A DNA stretch of 64,000 nucleotides from the NCBI GenBank assembly GCA_030324005.1, contig JARDVH010000115.1:72602439-72666438 (forward strand), read 5' to 3'. Position 1 is the first letter of the stretch; every line of letters begins with the position of its first letter. Shown here piece after piece: positions 43,401 through 55,400 of the stretch. A program made the position numbers and the translations under genes. This DNA is from Negaprion brevirostris. Its lineage: Eukaryota. The notes beneath the pieces are model-generated. The model saw only the letters and a list, made by a program, of their open reading frames with translations, was not told where the DNA came from and made no database searches.

Positions 43401-46400
43401 TCCTGAACTAAACTTTTAATGCAGTCCACAGTTTGTTGATGCAAACTAATTTCTTTTAAACCAGGTTCCAGAGCTTTCTTTCCTCCTGACCTTGTAAATA
43501 ACTCATATGATTCCCTGTTGTGTTGGATTTTGACAGTAATATTTTTGTGGTATGTTCTTCTTTAAGAAGCTAAAGCAGTTACTTTAAGAATTTTAAATGT
43601 GGAAATAAAATGGTGGTCAGTTTGTATTGTGACAAGTGACTGTTTGATAATGTTGACTGCTTTCATGTCTTAGGTTTCAACTAAGAGTCAACTTGATCCA
43701 GGTGGAGTCTGGCATGCTTGGGGGTTAGCCTGCCTCAAAGTGGGGAACCTGTGTGCAGCTCGGGAGAAATTCAGTCGCTGCTTAAAGCCACCCTTCGATC
43801 GAAACCAACAGAGTCTTGGTCCTCCACTCCTGCAAGAAATAGTGCAGCACCTGGAGACGTCTGTTAAACCAGTTTTGCCCTTGGTAATGAGTGCTTTTAT
43901 TTTGTATCAACATCTGAAAATGCTAAACCTAGTTATGTGCCACTGTGCCGACTAATTTGGCTTTGACATTATCCTCTGAGACATACGGTATTAAATGTCC
44001 ATTGTTCATGTTTGCTAAAAGATTTCCCCTTTCCATCTACAATGATTTGAGCATAAGTAGTATTACCAGAAATGAAACTATCTCGCTTCTGAATGGGTCG
44101 TCAGTAAACAAGGGACATACTTCAGGAAGAATCTCTTGTCTCAAGTCATTGCAGTATTAGATATTTACTTTATTTAATTCAAAGCAAGGTTAAAATGATC
44201 AGAGAGCTGAGGCCCAATGTAAATGATTACTTTGAAAGTTGTATGTAAAAATTATTGATATTAGAATAATTAATTGTATTTCTAGTGTCTTTCCTGAAAA
44301 TATGCTGCCCTTCTTTTCCCCCCAAGATAAAATGTTCATCAAAGATCAACCTTTTTGTGATTTGCATAGTTTTATTCAGTGAATGTGAAATCCCTAAGCC
44401 GAGCAGTTTCTTCTGATCCTCCTGTGTTGAGTGCGGATAGACCCCACTGAATTTGTGGATTGGACACTCTTCTATGATGTGCTGCACAGCTTACTCTCTC
44501 ACACGGGGGGCTGGTACTGATGCCCCATTTGTGGAGGTTGACCAAGCAGGGGCCATGGCCAGTCCTGAATTTGTAGAGGGCAGATCACGCTTTCCTTGGA
44601 AAATTGAAACCAGGTGGCTGTAGGGTTGGAACCAGATACTTGTTTGTTGTATGCAATAATTCCCATTCATTTGTCCAGATGGAATTTGCACAGTGAATAA
44701 CCAAAATTAATGTTAAAGAAAAGAAGGAACTGCAGCATGGTGCTTGGCTGTAGACAGCAGCTAGCAGTTCACAGCTTTTAACTTCAAGCTGCTTTTCAAC
44801 AAAGGTTTGAATAATACAAAGCTTGGAAAGTTGCAGCTGATTTGCATAAGGAAAAGTGGATAAAGATACATGGGAGGATTTCCTTCCGCTAGGTCTGCGG
44901 ATTTGTGAACCAGTCTCTGGAATTCACACAGCCACTACTATCCAGAAGTTAAAGTTTCTCACATCTTTAATGCAGGGAAAATCTCAGTGAATAAGGCAAC
45001 TCTTTCAGGAAGTGGAAACATGCAAGCTATATATGAGTGTTATAGATGCATGCATCTAGAATCAACTCAATTGTTGATGGAAGGGTAAAGATTTTGAGCA
45101 AGAGTGCCCACTTTGAGAGGAATTGGCACGTGGCCACAAATGGGATGAAAATCGCGCTAGCTTTCTGAAGTGAAGCTTGTATTTCCTTTCACTCCCTTCC
45201 CTTCAAAAGTAAAACCTTTCATGGATAGCTGCAATTGGTCTGTTTTCTAGAAAATAATTGTCCTTGCTTGGAATTTAAAAAAATAACCTCCATGTATTGA
45301 AAAATAGTGGCTCAGTGCAGTTCTATTCATATAGCTGGAAATGGGTCTGTCACAAAAAAAGTCGTCTTATCTACCACGTGCAAATATCCTGATTTTTAAA
45401 TAACTGAAAATAGCTTTAAAAACTACGTAGGACCACTTCATTTCTGTAAAGTAACCAATTACTGGGTACCTTGAGTAATTTTAATATCAATGCATTTTAT
45501 CTTTTAAAAACAAATATTTACTTTTAAGACCTGCCCTGGTTGCAAACTGACCCAGGTAGTGAAAATTCGTTACGTTGATGGAATCGGTCTGGATCTGTGA
45601 ACAGTTATGAGAAGAGCAGTCATAAAAGTTTATGAAAACTTGATTGATGCAGGAAGTAACATGATCTTAAAAATTTCTTGATGGTTTTCTCTAGTTGGAC
45701 CGGTGCAGGGTAAGTTGTTTGGAAATGTGAGCCCGTTGTTTTAATCTGATGGTTTTATGTTTATTTTCATTTGTAATTAATCAGCAGGATGATGACATCC
45801 TTGCCTCACTGAGAGAATTGGAGGCTGTCCTGAAGGGTGAAGGTGCAAGCTTTGAAAACATGGGGGATGGGAAGATCAAGCATCAGGTCTTTTACCAGGA
45901 GTGCCTGTTCTACTTGCAAACTTATGGTACTAACCTGGCCATCATTAGTTTTTATATGAGACACAATTGCATGAGAGAAGCATTGCAGCATTTGCTGGAT
46001 AAGGTAAGACATTGGTGTTGCCATACTTGGATAAATGCTTTATCAAACAACAATGCGTACTGTATAAGATTACTGTGGCGCAAAGGGATGGTAGTAATGT
46101 GCTGCACTGATGCACCCTGGATACTGATTGTGTGGATTCAGCTGCAAAATTTCCCACTCAAGGCCAGAGACGGGAATGTGGGACGCCTCCTGCTTTGTCA
46201 ATGTGGGAAATTTGAGAATGCCTACGAACAAAGTCATTTAACACTCTGAATATTTACTTTTTTCAAACATTGTGTGGCAAAACAGCTTCCAAAATTTTCT
46301 TGAATCTCAACTTTGCTATAATTGCCAGGGAATCTTAAAACTAGAGGTTATAAAATCGAAGGGTAATAATAAACCCCATGGGGAACTTGGGAGAGGTTTC

Positions 46401-49400
46401 TTTAACCAGGAATTGGGTAGAATGTGGAGTGGTTCAGGTGAATAGCATTGATGCCTTTAATGCTAATTTAGATGAGCGCATGAGAGAGAAAGGAATAGAG
46501 GGATATATTGATAGGATTAGATGAAGAGGGATGAGATGGTGTTTGTGTGGAGCATAAATACCAGCAGCTATCATACTGGTTGGACGAAATGGTCTGTCTT
46601 TCTGGAGTGGGTCAGTGGAAACCTGTTTAAGCTTAATATTTCTGGCTTTTGAAGTTGAAAAAAAATTGATGGTGGGAATTTGAAATAAAAAGAGAATATT
46701 CTGCAAATAAACTGCAGGCCAATCAGCAATCAGAAAGAGGTGGCTTAGGTTAGTGATTTTTCACCTGGTCTGGACTTACTTTTTCAGATCCTTATTTGCC
46801 TGCTGTATTTTTCCATGCTTAATTCACTGTTTCTAACTTGAGTTCTAATTGAAGCGCAGGCTTGTGTTTTAGATGGTGTGTGCCTCTCACTTTCAGGGTT
46901 GCCCTGAAGAGGTGTTCATACAAGGGATTTTTAAACCAAGTTATGAAACTGGAAAACTGCATGCATTAGAAAACCTGATGGAACACATGGATCCAAGCCT
47001 GGAGAAATGGAGTTGCCATCTAATTGCATCCTGCAAGCATTTGCAAACAAAGGGATTTTTCAACATCCTGTACGATCTGCAGCAATTTATGAAGGTAATT
47101 ACTATATTTGTCTTGTGTGATCCTTTTTCTGAGGGATTTCAGTAGATGTACGGAACAACATGTTGTAATGTGTTCATTTCAGGATTACATGCGAGCAGCC
47201 ATGACGTGCATCAGGTTTTTCAGTCACAAAGCTGAATCCTACAGAGAACTGGGAGCCAACCAACACTGGCTGACAGAAGCTAAAGGTCACCTGAAAACAT
47301 ACTTGCAAGAAGTATCTAATCGCAGCTCGTCGAGAAAGAAAATTGCCAGCTCTTATCGCAAAAAAATGTCTGCAGCAGATGTCTCCAGGTAGATTTTTAA
47401 AAAAAATTCATTTGAGGATGTGGGTGTCACTGGCAAGGCCGACATTTGTTGCTTGTCCCTAATTGCCCCTGAGAAGGCGGTAGTGAGTTGCTGCCTTGAA
47501 CTGTGGTAATCCAACTTTTCTGCAGCGATATGAAACAGCTTAGTGACTTGCTAGACCATTTTGCAAAGCAGTTCAGAATCAGTCACAATCCCTTAGGTCT
47601 GGAGACACATGTAGGCCTGACTGGGTAAGGATGGCAGATTTCCTTTTCTTAAGGACATTAGTACAGTAGGTGGGATTTTATGATGATCAATAATGGCTTC
47701 ATGGTTGCCATTACTGAGACTAGATTTCAATTAATTGGAATTTGGTAGTTAACAAATTTAAATTCCACCAGCTGTTGTGGGATTTGAGACTGCTCCCAGA
47801 GCATTAGGCTGGTTCTCTGGATTACTAATCTGTTGACATTACTGTTTCCTCAAATTAAAAAAAATCTACAGTCCTATAGGGTGGCACAATGGCACAGTGG
47901 TTAGTACTGCTGCCTCACAGCACCTGGGCTTGATTCCCAGCTTTGGGTCACTGTCTGTGTGGGATCTGCATATTCTCTGTGTCTGCGTGGGTTTCCTCCG
48001 GGTGCTGTAGTTTCCTCCCACAGTCCAAAAACTTGCTGGTTAGGTGCATTGGCCATGCTAAATTCTCCCTGTGTGCCTGAGCAGGTGCCGGAGTGTGGTG
48101 ACTAGGGGATTTTCACAGTAACTTCATTGCATTAGTAAGCCTTATTTGTGACACTGATAAATAAACTTAAACTTTAATATGCACTCACACATGTAAGCTT
48201 TGGTATCATTTTGTCATATTTGGGAGCCCAAATGCAAATTGGAAAGTGGGAATTAAGATTAAAATGAGTGGTTAGTTTCCTTTGGCTGGCGCAGACGTGA
48301 TGGACCGAATGGCCTCTTTGTGCTGTAACCTGTCTATGATTCTAAGTTCAGGCCGAGTTGTTGGCACTGAGCTCTTGCATAAGAACATAAGAAATAGGAG
48401 CAGGAGTAAGCCATCTAGCCCTTCGAGCCTGCCCCGCCATTCAATANNNNNNNNNNNNNNNNNNNNNNNNNNNNNNNNNNNNNNNNNNNNNNNNNNNNNN
48501 NNNNNNNNNNNNNNNNNNNNNNNNNNNNNNNNNNNNNNNNNNNNNNGGCTGATCTGAAGTGAATCAGTTCCACTTTCCCACTTTCTCCCCATAACCCTTA
48601 ATTCCCTTGTCTATCAGAAATCTATCTACCCATGACTTCAATATATTCAACGAGGTAGCTTCCACCACTTCAATGGGCAGAGAATTTCAGAGATTCACCA
48701 CCCTTTGAGTGAAGAAGTTCCTCCTCAACTCCTCCTCACCTACCAATGAATTCTTGAGCAAAAATCAACCAGTGATGCAAGTACCAATATTAAAAAAGCT
48801 TTTCTGTTTTTCAATAACTTGCAGTTCTCAAAATTCCCACCAAATGTTGAAGTAATTTTCCTAACCTATCGGAATGTTACCATTGCTAATTAGAACGTGT
48901 CTAATAAGCTTGTTTCTGATCTCTTTAGATTGTAGAAAATTATGGTAGTCATCTATAAATGAATGTGACCAGCTCCTCCTGTACTGTTAATATGGCAATG
49001 AAATTCTGGGAAATGGAATAGTGATGTGTGTACCATTTGTTGAATACAAAGAGAAAAGGAACCTCCCTCAAATCTCTTGCTACAGGAGAAAAATCCTTAT
49101 CGTTCTGTGATGATAGAGTTGCCACCCTAGGGATAATGTGTCAAGTGAAAGAGACAGAGATTGCAAATTCCTTCATTAACATATTGTATCAATCTCTTGA
49201 AATCCTGTACCTCAACACTGTGGGATCACAGTGACTATAATAACAGCAGCCAGTGAAGGAGGAGCCCATCATTGCTGCCTTGGGGCAATTAGACTTGGGC
49301 AATAAATATGACCTGGTTAGTATCACTCTCGTCCTGAGAATAAATTTAAAAAAAAACTTTGATCAGTTTGATTGGCATCACTTAGGTTTTAGTTTGGTCA

Positions 49401-52400
49401 ACTGTAGCTCACCCTTTTTTTAATTCATTGGCCATGGGCGTGGTGGGATTCAAACCTGGGGCCCCCAGAACATGAGCTGAGTTTCTGGATTAATAGTCTG
49501 ATGATGTTGTCTCCCCTCTGTGTCACAAAGAATGTGTTCAAGGAGGAAGAAGTTGAATGCTGTTTTTAGTGTCATGATGTGGAGATGCCGGCGTTGGACT
49601 GAAGTTGAGACTTCTTACTGTCTTTAGTGTCCACCAGTTGCTTGCTATTGTACTTGTTTTAAAAAGGAGAATGACAAAGTATAAAAGAGCACCTTTCTTT
49701 CATGTCAATAGTTTGCCAGTTTTAACTGAGCTGCTGTAAGAGTACAGGGAGATTGCGGATTGCATGCACATGGGGCATGCAAATCAAAGTTATAACTGCA
49801 GAGCTCAATGTTGCCCACCATTTGACCTATTTGCTACCAGAATCTTTTTGCCTATTTACTATAGATACATAAATACAATTGAGCTGCAAATTGAAGTAAC
49901 CAAGTTCCTACATCGATGTGAGACCTCAGGAACTTCGAAGAGCAGTGGTCCGCCTGCCAATCTCTTTGGAAGTACTAAAATGAAGATGGAAGTTGCATGC
50001 AAGGTGTGTTATCCTGATGCAGTGTGCTCTGAAGCATTATTCATGGGAGCACATATGAAGATACCAAGAACCATTTTAATATATAACTAATACTTCGATC
50101 TAGTTGTCAATAATTTTTCACTGATACTCATGCTCTCTGCTGCAGGTGCTGCTTGGTGGCAAAAATATTGAAGAAGGCTTTGGAATTTCTTTCAGAGTTA
50201 TTCAGGTAATGAAATGTTATTTTTCTGATGTAATAGCACTCAGTATTGCATTCAAATATTGCATTGTATTATGTTATAGCACTCAGTATTGCACTGGGTG
50301 GCACAGTGGTTAGCATGCTACTTCACAGCGCCAGGGACCAGGGTTCGATTCCCTGCTTGGGTCACTATCTGTGAGCAGTTTGCACATTTACCCTGTGTCT
50401 GTGTGGGTTTCCTCCCACAGTTTGAAAGACGTGCTGGTTAGGTGCATTGATCCGACTGTGGCGACTAGGGGAATTTCACAGTAACTTGATTGCAGTGTTA
50501 ATGTAAGCCTTACTTGTAACTAATAATAAATAAACTAAAAATTCATAATTCTAGATCTTGACCTGTCTGTTTTGTTGTTCTTTGCTGTTTTGGTTTTTTG
50601 CTCTCAGATGGCAGCTATTCAAAATCCTGCCATTTGCACCTCTTCTTGTCGCATCTTTTGCTTCTTGGCCCATTACCCCTCCCTTTGGCCTTACACCATG
50701 AAACCTTATCATTTAATTTCCCTGCCATCCATCTCCCCACCATCCTTTTTTATTTTTCTTCCCACCTTTATCCCTTTCACTTGCTCAAAAACTATTGCAT
50801 TTCTAACTTTCTCAGTACGGATGAAAGGTCACAGACCTGAAACGTTAACTCTGTTTCTGTCTCCACTGATGCTGCCAGACCTGCTGAGTATTTCCAGCAT
50901 TTTCTGTTTCTTTTTAAATTTCAGCTTTCCAACATCCGTAGAATTTCACTTTTTATTTTCAGTTCCTGTGATGTAGCTGTATGGCTTTGAAGGGTCCAGC
51001 TTTGATCCTTATTTTGAGTTGCTCGCTCTCGGTAATACAGATGTTGAGGTGCTACACTTAAATCCGTGCAGTTAACCTCCAGGAGAAGAAAACCCTCAAG
51101 TTAAGATTCTGCTTCTGAATCCTATTCTGTGGCTCTGCTGGAAGGTGTATATGAATGGCTGTTAGCTCAGGATAAGAAGGAACATTGTGCAAATGTCCAG
51201 ATTTACTAATAAGAAATCTGGTTGAAACATTGGAGAGAAGCTGAGATCCCTGGCAACTTATCCTTACAAGATACCATGTCCGAGCAGAGGAAAAGGCATC
51301 TCCTTAAACATACTGTTTTGAGGGGTGTCTATTTAGTACCGACAGGTGAACAGAGGGATACCATCAGATTTGAAATTGGAAAAGTGCATTAAAAGAAAAT
51401 TCAAAGCAAATATTAAAAAGAACTGCAAAAAAGAAAACAAGAAAGTTAAGGAGTTAAACAGGCGATATATAGCAATGAAAAGGTACGTTCTTAATAAGGT
51501 GACAGCTAGAGTAAAGCTAATGAGAGATAACGGAGATAAGCTAGCAGTGGAAAGTGAGACTGGAACTTGCGTTAATTATCACACTCTTCTTTGCTAGAGG
51601 AGATGGATATTGAGATTGTACAGTTACCAGGCCTTGCAATGTAGATTTGTTATTCAATGGGTGATTTGATTGAGGAATTTATTGTTCCAGTTTGTCTAAT
51701 TTCTCTTTGATTATTATTTTGCTTTTGTCCTAACATTGTAAAGTTGGTTACTGAAACACTTAACACGTTTTTCCAAATTGCTATACATTCTTAAAGAACA
51801 GTGAGATTATCATTGGTCACTTTTGTATTCCTCCAATCCTATTTTATTTCTGACCCAGGACTTCCAGCTGGATGCGGCTGCTGTATATGATAAAACTGCA
51901 AAGCATCTTTTGCAGCATCGCAAGTTCTGTCAAATCAAACAGTTACTGAAATGTGTCAGTGAATCGGGCGTAGCGAGCAGCGATGATACTGATAACCTNN
52001 NNNNNNNNNNNNNNNNNNNNNNNNNNNNACACCTTTCACAGGTGAGAACAGTCTAATCTTTAACCAATGGGATAGTGTGCCTCACTTCTTAAAAAAAAAA
52101 TTCTAATAAAGCGTAAGCTCTATCAGACGGTTGCATTTAAAAGTTGCTCTGTATTAGTCTTACTTTACTGGTCTTATGAGGAGTACCTGGATTGGCACCT
52201 TGAGAGCTGGGAACAGGAAGGTGAGATCGGACAGGGTGTCATTGGCTGGCATGGACAACACAGGCTGAATGGCTGCCTTCTGTGCTGCAACTTTTGTATG
52301 GTTCTAAGTTGCTAACTTTTCTAAATTTGTTCTGGCCAGAATGTTTCATTGCAGAGTGAAGAAGCAATAGTGTCCTTTGGTGGAAAAAGCATCATTCAGA

Positions 52401-55400
52401 ACTTAAGCTAAATCTCTTCACTAGATGCCAACATGTGGCTTGGATTGTTCTTCCTCAACACATTTTGGGGAAAAGAATCTTTTAGCCATGGATTTTTAAC
52501 TTCTAGCTTCAAGGCAGAATGAGTCCAGCGTAATTTCCTACGCATTCTCTATTCTTAGCTGTTTCTCACGTACCAAAGACAAATTCAAAATAACCTTTTT
52601 TGGGTGCTGCAAATAGGGAACTCCTTGCCTCACTTCACCAAGTATTTTCCCTTCAGGCATCTGAAAGTCAAGCCTGTTATTTGCTGGCATAAGCTCAATG
52701 ATTTTATAAGCCTTGCTTGTCTGTTGCACAGTGGACTTAACTCTTGATCCTGGTTTCTCAGTTTGAGGAAGAATAAGTAATGAGCACCTTACTTAAACAC
52801 TACTTTAGCGGTGAAAAATTTGGTTATCTTTTTAAAAAAAAAATTCACTGTGGAATAATTTTAGAAGTATGGCCAATCATGGAATAATGAACATAGAAAA
52901 TAAGATTAGCTTTAGATGAATGAGTACTTGTCATCAAATCTTTTTGTAGCTTGACCTTTCTGTTTTATGAAACATGAAGCTCCCATGCACCACTATTTTA
53001 ATACTTTGATTTTTACTTAAGATAACAATCTAGAACAAAATCCAGGGCAGCTCTGAATCATTTAAAAGGCCACGTTTTTAATTTGTAAGTGTTTTAGGAA
53101 ATGTGTTTAGTTTTTACTTGGATCTGAATTGATTTCAAGTTGTTTCTGAGATTTATTCTTGAGACATCTGTGCTTCCAGTGATCTACTCTGCATCTGAAA
53201 AACACGTGTTGCAATGATTTTACTATTTGTACAGGATGGTCCGAGGCCAGTTAAGAAACCTTTGATGTTGAATTTCTTTTCTTATATCTCAAACATGGGG
53301 TGGCAGGGGAGGAAATGGCAGCCGATTTCTGAAGGGATTAATCTTTCTTTCTTTGTGAGCCCATGCTGAGAGAGGGACTCTACCGAGAACATGCAAGATT
53401 CTGTTTTGTAAACTGTTTTATTTCCCATTCCCTCTCCCTTTGGAAGTAAAGGAATTAAGGGTTATGGTGACCGGGTTGACTAGTGGAGCTGAGTCCATGA
53501 AAAGATCAGCTATGATCTTACTGAATGACAGAACAGGCTCGGGGAGCCAAATGGCCTACTCCTGCTCCTAGTTGTGTTAAGTTTTGGATGGCATATCTTT
53601 GAGATCAGAGTAGTTGCATGGTTTTCCCTGAAAACTCTGTTTTGTTGCTTGTTATTGTGCTTTCAAGAGTCAGTTGTTAAAAGGACAGTGCTTTGGTGAG
53701 CGATACATTTGTTAGCCTTTTGTTGTTTAAAGTTTATGCATGAGTAGCACAAAACCAGCTGTTATTATCATGTTGAATAATTTGCAATCAAGTATGGCCT
53801 TGTTGAGGAAATACTACAAATTCTGAGAGGTATTAATAGCAACTGACTATGTGTTACTTTGTTAACAGGTTGATTAATGCTCTTTTTGTTACAGTCAAAA
53901 GACCTAGAAAAACTGATTCTTGAAATGAAGAAAGATGAAAATAAGGTAAGTAAGCGGAAACTTTTCTGTCATCTAGTAAAGATGTTTTTGACATTCTTGT
54001 TAGGTAAATAGGCCCTTTGTTCAGCAAATGTATCCAGGCACCAGCTGAACTGTATAGAATTAAAGATCCTTGTGCTCGGTCACAGAAATATTATGATCAC
54101 AAACAGAGTTACATAAGGACAATGAAACAGAGAAACAAACATTGATGCAGGGTAAGCAGCAGAATAATAATAAGCCCAGTCAAACAGTAACATAACAAGA
54201 GTAATGGGCTCTACTTGTACACAAAATACCCAGACATTTGCTCGGGAAATCTATCTATGTAGTAAAAGATTGTCTTTTCTCTGTCAAATTTCCTGCACCA
54301 AATTTCCAATTCCACAGTATTAATTTGCTTCTGTTTTCACTAAGTTTGAATCTCTCATTCCTTTGGCAGCAATGCGACAGCCCCCAACCAAGGTCATAAA
54401 TTCCATCCTCTATTACAGTGACTGTGATCTATTATCCCCCTTCAACTTCACCACAGCCTTTGACCCAGAAAACAACACCATCCTCCTCTTACCCAGCACT
54501 GTGGGACTGCCCCCTCTGTCTGTTCCATTGTTAGCCAAAATACTTAGCTACATTGAGTTGAGTTCTTTCAACTGAGTTGAGTTCAGTGCATTGAATTCTT
54601 TCCCATAACTTGCATTGTTTGCTTGGGAGGCCTCCAACGATTTAAGTTCAAGTTTATTCATTAGTCACAAGTAGGCTTGCATTAACAGTGCAATGAATTT
54701 ACTGTGAAAATCCTCTAGTTGCCACATTCCTGCGCCACTTCAGATACACTGAGGGAGAATTTAGCATGGCCAATGCCCCTAACCAGCATGTCTTTTGGAC
54801 TGTGGAAAGAAACCGGAGTACCTGGAGGAAACCCACGCAGAGACAGAGAATGTGCAGACTCCACATAGATAATGGCCCAAGCCAGGAATTGAACCTAGGT
54901 CCCTGGCACTGCGAGGCAGTAGTGCTAATCATTGTGNNNNNNNNNNNNNNNNNNNNNNNNNNNNNNNNNNNNNNNNNNNNNNNNNNNNNNNNNNNNNNNN
55001 NNNNNNNNNNNNNNNNNNNNNNNNNNNNNNNNNNNNNNNNNNNNNNNNNNNNNNNNNNNNNNNNNNNNNNNNNNNNNNNNNNNNNNNNNNNNNNNNNNNN
55101 NNNNNNNNNNNNNNNNNNNNNNNNNNNNNNNNNNNNNNNNNNNNNNNNNNNNNNNNNNNNNNNNNNNNNNNNNNNNNNNNNNNNNNNNNNNNNNNNNNNN
55201 NNNNNNNNNNNNNNNNNNNNNNNNNNNNNNNNNNNNNNNNNNNNNNNNNNNNNNNNNNNNNNNNNNNNNNNNNNNNNNNNNNNNNNNNNNNNNNNNNNNN
55301 NNNNNNNNNNNNNNNNNNNNNNNNNNNNNNNNNNNNNNNNNNNNNNNNNNNNNNNNNNNNNNNNNNNNNNNNNNNNNNNNNNNNNNNNNNNNNNNNNNNN

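Noticed and set aside
51999-52028. Possible disruption of a ZFYVE26 exon
   Set aside because: A 30-nt N gap that preserves frame; missing data rather than a lesion.
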